NCBI GenBank assembly: GCA_001794905.1
Contig: MGLW01000047.1
Span: forward strand, 1-15,523
Length of the DNA stretch: 15,523 nucleotides
DNA from: Chlamydiae bacterium RIFCSPHIGHO2_12_FULL_49_11
Lineage (GTDB): Bacteria > Chlamydiota > Chlamydiia > Chlamydiales > 2-12-FULL-49-11
Direction of reading: 5' to 3'
Shown here: in pieces, positions 8,144 to 15,523 of the stretch
Layout of the letters: each line of letters starts with the position of its first letter
Numbering within the stretch: the stretch's first letter is position 1
Translations under genes and position numbers: made by a program
Notes under the pieces: model-generated
Told to the model about the DNA's origin: nothing
Databases searched by the model: none
What the model saw: only the letters and a program-made list of their open reading frames with translations

Positions 8144-11100
8144 TTATGCCTTTCGATTCCAAAAATGTTGTATTCCATGAAGACAACGTTTCATGACTTG
8201 TACGGCTCCCTTTTCTGCGGCAATGCCGACTGTGCTGCCGGCCACGTTTGCTCCTGCGAGGACAAGTGCAATAGGAGAACTACCGGCACTAGTAAGAGTT
8301 GCCACCCCCTGACTTGCAACAAGGGCCGTTTTGGGATAACCTGCTCTTCGGAGCACATAGCCCGTAGCAGTGCCCAAAACGGTTCCGATAAGAGAACCGG
8401 TGGCAAGACCCATCGCTATGCTTCCTGCCATATGCACTCTCCGAATCGTATTTTCACTATATCCATAGTACCTCATCATGTCACCGGCCGCCTCGGAAAC
8501 GGCCGAATAGGCGGCGCCTTGGATGGCCGCACCGGAAAGCGATGTCCAAAGGGTTGGCTCGGTATATTGCACATATTCGGTACGGTCACCCCGGCAATAA
8601 CGAACATCACCTTGATCACTGCACCCGTACTTACCGTCTTCGAATTTTCCAATATCAAGGGGAGACAGCCAATGGACTACCCTGACCTTTCCCGGGTGAT
8701 CTCCACTGCGGCAAACCAATGCTCCTTCGTAAGGATCGCAGCTCCATACTTCCCCTCGATCAGGCGAGATGACCGAAACGGGTCCATCGACGAGTTGGTC
8801 TCGAATAGCAGCAAGTTCACGCTGCAGTTCCGTCATCGCACGAGGAACAGGATGATTTCGAAGATCTTCTTGCCTATGTTGAATAAATTCCCCGATATCG
8901 GTTGTTTCCAAATGCTCTCCCCATGCCGATTCGTGAAGAATGGCAATGAGTCCGTTCAAGTTTTCTGCAGTTCCATTCTGTGCCAAAGAGGCAATTTGGA
9001 AAAAAAGCCGAGAAAGTATGGCAGGCTTTTCCGGCGGTGAAAACTCAGGATTTGCGAGAGTCACAAAACCCATTAAACGAGCATACCCCAAGAGAACATC
9101 TTGTGTGAGGTTGCTGCGAGCTTCCAAGGAATGATAATCCTTGACCAATGCTCCCCTGAACTCGCTGAGCTTCCTTTCCAAAATCGATCCCGTTTCAAGT
9201 TCTTTCAGAACAAGTTCCGTTTCGTTCCTTCGATAGAAATAAGTCTCGGCCCAAGCACCCGGAAAGCTACTCAGAAATGTATAAGGTTTGATATAGGTAA
9301 CTACCCTGTAAGTGCTATTGAACCCATGATAGAGTTCAAGAGCGTGCCATGCAAAACCAGCCCCGCCATTATTTCTGTGTTCCGTTTCCCAGAGGTTTCC
9401 CTGTACAAGAGGAAATATTCTACCGTCGATTTTCACACCCGGTAAAACATATACCGTATAATCCCACGTATATTCTTCCCTACCGACAACCAGGGGAAAG
9501 TAAGCAATTGCCCGCCGAATAACATCGTAAGCTTCGTAGAGTTTTAAGACAGGGCTCCGGGCTGTTATTTCCCGGAACACTCTGCCAAGGGTATCGGTTG
9601 GATCTTGATGAGTAAATACTTCAAATTGCTTCTCTGTCAGGTGGAAAGAAAAATTTCTGGGAGGAATACCGTCTCTTCGAAGACCCCTTCCTGCGGTATG
9701 AATCAATTTTTCCTCTACCAAATCGTCTGAACGTTCTCCCGATAACCCGACCCAGTCCGGACGAAAAGGAGAAAGTTGCGATTGCAGTCTCTCTGCATTT
9801 TCAATCACAGTTTCTCTCAAAGACAATAAAGGAACGGTCTTATTTTCTATAGTATCCCGAAAAGCCATCATGGAAGCGTTACTTGTAAGTCTATTACTCA
9901 GAAGATCAAAATGGTGCTGATATCCTGCTACCAGGGATCTCCATATTTCAGGATTTTGCAGATGGGAATAAAAATCGATCACAGCTTGCGCGCGCGCCAT
10001 CACTTCCTCGATTTGCTCTCGATACGCCCTACGAATTTGTGGTGTAGATCCGCGGAGCGACGTAGACCCCAGAGAAAGAATACCCAAATAAATCCTGGCA
10101 ACAACAAGCCATTTATCAGGTTGTACCAACTTGGGGAAAGTGTGATTCGGCATCATATCTTTCAATATGCTCGCAAGAAGTCCAAGGTTAGAATTCTTCT
10201 CACTTTCAGGAGCAAATATATCCTGTAATTCCCGGGTGAGAACTTGTCCGTCGATGCTCAACCTTTGAAATCGGCGGGGAACATGTCCGGTACTTCCTGC
10301 ATCGGTCGCCACACGAGTCAGCCAATCTGCAAATAGCGAGATATACTCGGGCAGTTGCGCTATGATCCGTTCATCCGACTCCAACCTCATTTTGAGGGCG
10401 ACTCTTTGGATATCGCCGTCCAAAATGAGGTGACCGAATGAAGACAACATCATCCTGAACCGGTCCAATTGCGAAACCACCATCGCCGAATCACTTCGGA
10501 GCTGCTCCCGAAGTTCGTTATAATGAAAAGAACCCTGCTGCATCAATTCCGAAAACATTGCGACTGCGTTCTGCTGCATCTGAGACAGTTGACCTGAAAC
10601 GGTTCTTAGCCCTTCTTCAATTTGTTCAAAGTGTTCAAGATTTTCTCGGTGCATTTGATCTATTAACGAATAAATTTGCCCCAGTGCCTGATTTTCTCCG
10701 TTTTCTTGAAAGAGCCCTATTATTGTAGCTCCGATTCCAACCACAGTTAAAGCAGAAGGAATAGCAAGGGGAATGCTTCCAAGAGACAGGATCGAAGCAG
10801 TCACATCGATGCCTTTCGCAAGATCCATCGCAGTAGACGCTGCAGCAAAACCTCTTGCAATATTTGCTACCTTTTTGCTGTGAGAAATCTGGGCTAATCT
10901 TACAAATGCAAAGGTGGCACTATCAAAAATATCCTGATAGTGTTCAGGACTCCACTTGTATTTTTTTAAAAATTCTTCAAAGGAAGAACTTTTTTCCGGC
11001 TGAGTAACGGAAATCACTCCGTTCCATATCGAATCGGCAGAAGGATCCGAAACTAATTTTTGACTTAGTGCAGAGATCCCCCGCTCCACCCTCCGTACTT

Positions 11101-11764
11101 CGGATGGCGAAGAGTTTCGTACGAACGATTCCGCCAGTCTTTGTTGCGCCTTCTGTTGCCACCTCAACGATTCCAGCGTTAAACGAGCTTCGGGTGAAAA
11201 AACGTTTGGATACTGTGTAAGAATGTCTCGTGCGTCAGGAGATCCCCAGAAATCAAGAGCATCTGTAATCATTTCTGTCGGAAACCTGGGAGGATCGGGT
11301 AGCAATATATTGGAAGCGACGTACATTGCTTTTCCCCAGGGAGTTCTCGTAAGACCATAGTTAACCTCAGCTCCCAGGTATAAACGTTCCCACCATTTAT
11401 GCAAGTAACTATTTTCCTGAATGTTCCAGGCAATAAACTCAGCTGCTTTGTAATATTCGGGACGGGTCAACCCTTGGAGCGCCTCTCTACTGTTTAAGGC
11501 GGCCATATAAGGTCTGATTGCTCTTAACTGCCTTTCATCGGTATCATCAAAGGTGGCAGCAGTAATCCCCGCTCTTCTCAGAATTTCAGTGAACAAATGG
11601 TATGGCAGTACTTTACTACCCGGTATTTCAGGTGCCGGAAGAGGATTCCTTTGTGCCCTGCATTTTCTGTCAGATGCAGAGCAAAAAGAAAACGTTAATT
11701 CTGCCGGTGGTGTTGCATAAAGGTGCAGCACTCTCCGCTGCTCAGAAGAAATCACAGTATCCAT
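8144..11764 (-). CDS. Large uncharacterised protein (1206 aa), candidate membrane-active toxin/effector
   Basis: Uninterrupted 3.6-kb ORF. Hydrophobic segment at aa 299-352 followed by a coiled-coil-like region; C-terminal Cys-pair repeats and a Gly/Ala-rich hydrophobic tail. The CDS is secure; the function is inference. Confidence 0.85.
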   Translation of the reverse strand: MDTVISSEQRRVLHLYATPPAELTFSFCSASDRKCRAQRNPLPAPEIPGSKVLPYHLFTEILRRAGITAATFDDTDERQLRAIRPYMAALNSREALQGLTRPEYYKAAEFIAWNIQENSYLHKWWERLYLGAEVNYGLTRTPWGKAMYVASNILLPDPPRFPTEMITDALDFWGSPDARDILTQYPNVFSPEARLTLESLRWQQKAQQRLAESFVRNSSPSEVRRVERGISALSQKLVSDPSADSIWNGVISVTQPEKSSSFEEFLKKYKWSPEHYQDIFDSATFAFVRLAQISHSKKVANIARGFAAASTAMDLAKGIDVTASILSLGSIPLAIPSALTVVGIGATIIGLFQENGENQALGQIYSLIDQMHRENLEHFEQIEEGLRTVSGQLSQMQQNAVAMFSELMQQGSFHYNELREQLRSDSAMVVSQLDRFRMMLSSFGHLILDGDIQRVALKMRLESDERIIAQLPEYISLFADWLTRVATDAGSTGHVPRRFQRLSIDGQVLTRELQDIFAPESEKNSNLGLLASILKDMMPNHTFPKLVQPDKWLVVARIYLGILSLGSTSLRGSTPQIRRAYREQIEEVMARAQAVIDFYSHLQNPEIWRSLVAGYQHHFDLLSNRLTSNASMMAFRDTIENKTVPLLSLRETVIENAERLQSQLSPFRPDWVGLSGERSDDLVEEKLIHTAGRGLRRDGIPPRNFSFHLTEKQFEVFTHQDPTDTLGRVFREITARSPVLKLYEAYDVIRRAIAYFPLVVGREEYTWDYTVYVLPGVKIDGRIFPLVQGNLWETEHRNNGGAGFAWHALELYHGFNSTYRVVTYIKPYTFLSSFPGAWAETYFYRRNETELVLKELETGSILERKLSEFRGALVKDYHSLEARSNLTQDVLLGYARLMGFVTLANPEFSPPEKPAILSRLFFQIASLAQNGTAENLNGLIAILHESAWGEHLETTDIGEFIQHRQEDLRNHPVPRAMTELQRELAAIRDQLVDGPVSVISPDRGEVWSCDPYEGALVCRSGDHPGKVRVVHWLSPLDIGKFEDGKYGCSDQGDVRYCRGDRTEYVQYTEPTLWTSLSGAAIQGAAYSAVSEAAGDMMRYYGYSENTIRRVHMAGSIAMGLATGSLIGTVLGTATGYVLRRAGYPKTALVASQGVATLTSAGSSPIALVLAGANVAGSTVGIAAEKGAVQVMKRCLHGIQHFWNRKA

Positions 11765-11767
11765 GAA

Positions 11768-13477
11768 CTATTCTTCGTACGTCTTGTAGGAAGGGTACCA
11801 CATGCGCTGTTCCAGGGTAACCTGGATTTCCAGATCGCTCATGTTCGGCTCGATGAGCCCTTCCAGAATTGCCGCTTTGACGATATGGAAGGCAAGCGTC
11901 TCGGTGAGCTTGCGGAGCTTATAGAACGGTGGATAGAGCGATTTGTGCGGATCGAGCGCTTCGACCGAAAGATCGGCAAGAGCTCTAGCTGCAGCAAGGA
12001 AAAGGCCGTTTGTCACTTTCGGAATGGCAAAGGTAGAAATGGCAAGACCCATGGAAGGGTAGACGTAAACGTTGTTGCACTGGGAAATTTCGAACGTTTC
12101 TTTCTTATATTCGACTAGCGGGTAGGGACTACCTGTTGCTACGATGGCCTGCCCTTTAGACCATTTGATCAGATCGGCCGGATCGGCTTCGCACTTGCTG
12201 TTCGGATTCGACAAGGGGAAAATAACGGGGCGATCGGTATTTTCCAGCATCGCTTCGACCACCTTTTTATCGAACGCGCCTTTTGAGGCAGATACGCCTA
12301 TGAGCATGGTGATTTTGGCAAGGCGAATCACTTCGGGTAGGGAAATTTTGTCCCCTTTCACATCCCACATTTCGATATCGCGACTCGGCGTTGCAAAGGG
12401 CCTCAGGTCGTCCGACATGTCGGAGGTGTTTTCATGAACGAGCCCTTTACTGTTGAAAATATAGATCCGATCGTACGCCTCTTCCTTCCGAACACCTTGC
12501 CGGATCAAGTAGTCGACGATCAGTTCTGCGATGCCGAGCCCGGCAGAGCCGGCACCGTAGATTGCGATCCTCTCTTGCAATATATCGCTCCCCTTGCGGC
12601 GGAGGGCGGCAAAAATACCGGCGAGAGTCACTGCAGCAGTCCCTTGGATATCGTCGTTGAAAGAAGGGAGCGCATTTTCGTATTTCAAGAGGAGCGTTTT
12701 GGCCTTCCCTTTGGAAAAGTCTTCCCATTGCAGAAGCGCTTTGGGAAAGTGCTTTTTGACACAGCGGACAAATTCTTCGATAAAGGCGAAGTAGCTTTCG
12801 CCTCCAACCCGTCCTTTGCGAAGGCCGATATAGTAAGGGTCTTTCAAGAGGTTTTCATTGTTGGTCCCCACATCGAGGACGATCGGGAGGGTTTTCAGAG
12901 GGTGGATTCCGGCAAAGACGGTGTAGAGGGCAAGTTTGCCGATAGGGATCACGATGCCGCCCACCCCCATATCGCCGAGGCCGAGGATACGCTCGCCGTC
13001 GGTCACGACGATGACGTCTATCTCGCGCTGTTCATATTGGGAAAAAATCGTGTCGAGCTCGTCCTTGTGTTCGATAGAAAGGTAGAGACCGCGTACTTGC
13101 CGATGGTGGAGGCTAAAGCCGATGGAAGCGTCGCCAACGGTTGGGGTGTATACATACGGAAGCATCTCGCCCACATGTTCCAGGAGGAGGCGGAAAAAGA
13201 GGGTTTCGTTCCTGTTTTGAAGGTCTACGAGATAGTAGTGGCGCTCGATGGGATTGGTACGCGTGACAAAACTTTTGTAGGAGCGCTCCATCTGTTCGTC
13301 AAGAGTAGAAACGTAGGCGGGAAGGCGTCCGAGGAGGTCGAAATTGCGCCTTTCTTCCAGAGTAAAGGCAGTTCCCTTATTCAGGTATGAGTCCTGGAGG
13401 AGCTCTTTCCCCTTTTTTGTGACTTTAAGAACCCTTTCCATATCTTCGGAAGTTTTTTGATTATCCGTGAGCAGCAT
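11768..13477 (-). CDS. maeA: Malic enzyme (large-subunit SfcA/MaeA type)
   Basis: NKGTAFT, YTPTVG, VVTDGERILGLGD, GKLALYT, QWEDF, FNDDIQGT, GAGSAG, PLSNP, QCNN. SD AGGAGAGG is better spaced to ATG13477 than to GTG13483. Confidence 0.95.
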   Translation of the reverse strand: MLLTDNQKTSEDMERVLKVTKKGKELLQDSYLNKGTAFTLEERRNFDLLGRLPAYVSTLDEQMERSYKSFVTRTNPIERHYYLVDLQNRNETLFFRLLLEHVGEMLPYVYTPTVGDASIGFSLHHRQVRGLYLSIEHKDELDTIFSQYEQREIDVIVVTDGERILGLGDMGVGGIVIPIGKLALYTVFAGIHPLKTLPIVLDVGTNNENLLKDPYYIGLRKGRVGGESYFAFIEEFVRCVKKHFPKALLQWEDFSKGKAKTLLLKYENALPSFNDDIQGTAAVTLAGIFAALRRKGSDILQERIAIYGAGSAGLGIAELIVDYLIRQGVRKEEAYDRIYIFNSKGLVHENTSDMSDDLRPFATPSRDIEMWDVKGDKISLPEVIRLAKITMLIGVSASKGAFDKKVVEAMLENTDRPVIFPLSNPNSKCEADPADLIKWSKGQAIVATGSPYPLVEYKKETFEISQCNNVYVYPSMGLAISTFAIPKVTNGLFLAAARALADLSVEALDPHKSLYPPFYKLRKLTETLAFHIVKAAILEGLIEPNMSDLEIQVTLEQRMWYPSYKTYEE

Positions 13478-13491
13478 AGCCACCTCTCCTC

Positions 13492-14778
13492 TTATTGTTC
13501 AAGGAAATTTTCCCTTACTTTCACATGGTAATGCCCAAACATGGACCGGATAAGCAAAATCCAGGCGACCATTAAAAAGGACAGAGTCACTGAAAGCAAG
13601 ATTAGGATATTTTTAAGAAACAAATACTGCAAGAGTAAAATAATGAGTGAGGCGACCGCTTTGGCCGACCGGTAAGTAAAGACATCTATAATCGCCTTAG
13701 CTTTAAACTTTTCCTCTACTTTCAGGGGCTGGTATAGCATTTCTTTAATGATGCCGAAAACGGAGTAGTCAAAGCACTTGATGGTGCCGTAGGTAAGGGC
13801 CATGAAGGGGAAGCCCCCGAAAAAAAGGTAAAGAATTGTTTCACAGAAGAGGACAAGAGGCACAAATGTGTGAGCTCGCTGCAAGCCGCCCAGGTGGACG
13901 AGAAGCCATGCGCCGACGAACTGGAGGAGGATATTGACCGTATTCACGACGCCGAAAAAGCGGCCGAAGAATTCGGTGCGCATATCCTGGTCGGGAAGCT
14001 TGGCCGCTACGTGGACGTTGAACTGGAAATCGAGCAAGGTACAACTGACCTGCATGATAAGCACGATAAGGAGAATGAATTTGAGAAATGGCGATTTTTT
14101 GATCAGCTGCAATCCCCCCATGATATCGGTCGCATCGCGGTCAATGGTTTGGATATCCTGGGCAAGGTGGATCTTTTCCCGCGCGGCAAGGGACCACTTG
14201 TACATGAAAACGATCACAACGTAGAGCGGAAGGGTGAGGAGGAGTAGCTTTTCAGTTCCGAGACGGACGGCAAGAAAGCCGGGCACTAAGCTGCCGAACA
14301 CCGACCCAATGCCGCCCATGCCGAAAAAGATTCCGTAGAGGTACTTTGCTTTTCCGATCTTGATCGTCGAGTGGATGACTGACCACAATTGCTGGAACAT
14401 CAGAATGATAAAAATATCTTTCCACAAGTACAGGAAGAAAGCAAGAGGGCGGACGGCAGGGAGGAGGAATGCGCAGAAGGTGTTAATTATGAGTCCGACC
14501 GCGACGGTAATCACCATGATGCGGTAGGGACCGATCCGGGTGATGAAGTAGTTATAGAAGGCGACCAGAAACAGGTTCAGCGGGACCGATGCAATCCAGA
14601 CGTAGGGAAAGTGGGTGCTGCCAAAGATATGGGTATAGATCGACTGGGCAGCGTTGCGGGTGATGGCGGCTTCCATGGAGACGAAGAAGGAAGACAGCAT
14701 CATCGCGAGAACAAAGAGCCTCTCCCCTTTCGAATACTCTGCAAATTCCCTCCGTATTTTGTCAAAAATCTCTTTCAT
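13492..14778 (-). CDS. NTT/TLC (Npt1/Npt2, ATP:ADP antiporter family) transporter, divergent
   Basis: 428 aa with many TM helices. Family-type motifs LWS......KAKYLYG.F and KEMLYQPL..EEKFKAKAIIDV...R..K. Confidence 0.85.
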   Translation of the reverse strand: MKEIFDKIRREFAEYSKGERLFVLAMMLSSFFVSMEAAITRNAAQSIYTHIFGSTHFPYVWIASVPLNLFLVAFYNYFITRIGPYRIMVITVAVGLIINTFCAFLLPAVRPLAFFLYLWKDIFIILMFQQLWSVIHSTIKIGKAKYLYGIFFGMGGIGSVFGSLVPGFLAVRLGTEKLLLLTLPLYVVIVFMYKWSLAAREKIHLAQDIQTIDRDATDIMGGLQLIKKSPFLKFILLIVLIMQVSCTLLDFQFNVHVAAKLPDQDMRTEFFGRFFGVVNTVNILLQFVGAWLLVHLGGLQRAHTFVPLVLFCETILYLFFGGFPFMALTYGTIKCFDYSVFGIIKEMLYQPLKVEEKFKAKAIIDVFTYRSAKAVASLIILLLQYLFLKNILILLSVTLSFLMVAWILLIRSMFGHYHVKVRENFLEQ

Positions 14779-14870
14779 TGCAGCGCAAAGTATACTATAT
14801 TCTCCAAAAATGGAGGTACCTTAATTGCCAAACGATGATATAAAACTTCTTTTACAGCTGAAAGAAATGG

Positions 14871-15523
14871 ATGAGATGCGAGATGATCATGGCGAGGCTG
14901 TCATTGGAAGACGTGAGAAAAAATCGGATGAAAAACTTTTTTATAAAAGAACAAAAAAAAATCGAAATCAGCCCGAAAAAAAATAACCGGTCTCCAGTCC
15001 TGAATATTAAAGGGGTCGGCGGTATCGGAGATGTTTTCTGGATTGAACCGGTACTGCGACATTTGACCGGACAAGAAAAAGAAGTCCATTTTTATACTCC
15101 TTATCCCGAGCTTCTCCAGAACTTTCCAAGTCCATATTTGACCGTTAACGAGCCGATCAATGTAGATCAGGGAATGCGTCAGCTTTTGGCTCTTGTAGAT
15201 AGGCCAATGATCACCCTTGGCTACCTCTACGATATGCCGAAAATGCACGTCTTGGACATTTTCAAGTACAAATCCAACGTGCCGGAAATGGGCCTTTCCT
15301 ATCCCCGCCTCTACCTTTCGGAGGAAGAGAAGCATCCCAGGTTCAAGCATGACTACGTCATTTTGCACCTGGAACAACAATGTGCCCATTTACAACACAG
15401 GAGAGTTTATGGAATTGACTGGAAAGAAGTTGTCCGGGATCTCGAAAAGCAAGGATACAAAGTCTATCAGGTAGGTCAAAGCACTGATGAGCCGTTTGCT
15501 GAATATCTCCACTGTGCCGATAT
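14871..15523 (+). CDS. Glycosyltransferase family 9-like (heptosyltransferase-like) protein, 5' part; start uncertain
   Basis: Not in the ORF track because it has no stop in the window. Manual translation: ...MKNFFIKEQKK...NIKGVGGIGDVFWIEPVLRHL...YTPYPELL...YPRLYLSEEE...YVILH...IDWKEVVRDLEKQGYKVYQVG. GGIGD...P.LR and W..VV..L...GY...QVG are GT9-like. Confidence 0.75.
   Translation, partial: MRCEMIMARLSLEDVRKNRMKNFFIKEQKKIEISPKKNNRSPVLNIKGVGGIGDVFWIEPVLRHLTGQEKEVHFYTPYPELLQNFPSPYLTVNEPINVDQGMRQLLALVDRPMITLGYLYDMPKMHVLDIFKYKSNVPEMGLSYPRLYLSEEEKHPRFKHDYVILHLEQQCAHLQHRRVYGIDWKEVVRDLEKQGYKVYQVGQSTDEPFAEYLHCAD

Noticed and set aside
8165-9040. 291-aa antisense ORF in the 3' part of the large gene
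   Set aside because: Composition (Cys/His/Thr/Arg-rich) mirrors Gly/Ala/Val codons of the sense gene; no SD or promoter seen.
12434-13390. 318-aa antisense ORF within maeA
   Set aside because: Shadow of a GC-rich conserved gene; no independent signals.
14901-15389. 162-aa minus-strand ORF in the ORF track
   Set aside because: Lies opposite the plus-strand GT9-like frame, which carries recognisable motifs.
1-15523. CRISPR arrays, tRNA/rRNA, IS elements, recognisable anti-phage genes
   Set aside because: No spaced direct repeats, cloverleaf motifs, or transposase/integrase ORFs seen; intergenic gaps are all short.

Overview
Bacterial chromosomal window, most likely from an environmental Chlamydiae-like intracellular bacterium (inferred from the NTT/TLC transporter, sigma66/70-type TTGAC-N17-TAAGAT promoters and lineage-type hypothetical proteins; not verified). 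Left to right: partial hypothetical CDS (-), aminopeptidase C (pepC), a helical-repeat hypothetical protein, a TauE/SafE exporter, a small hypothetical (-), thiol peroxidase (tpx), a SAM-dependent methyltransferase, a Cu(I) P1B-ATPase (copA), a small hydrophobic protein, a 1206-aa uncharacterised protein, a malic enzyme, a divergent NTT-family transporter and a partial GT9-like glycosyltransferase. No rRNA, tRNA, CRISPR or IS element was recognised. The best candidate for a new system is the 1206-aa protein. It has a pore-forming-toxin-like architecture and is faced convergently by a small membrane protein with its own strong promoter, as in pore-forming colicin/immunity loci. Other observations: several apparently leaderless genes, a perfect 17-bp inverted repeat over a promoter, a possible frameshift at the GT9 gene start, and non-canonical motif residues in Tpx, malic enzyme and the NTT.
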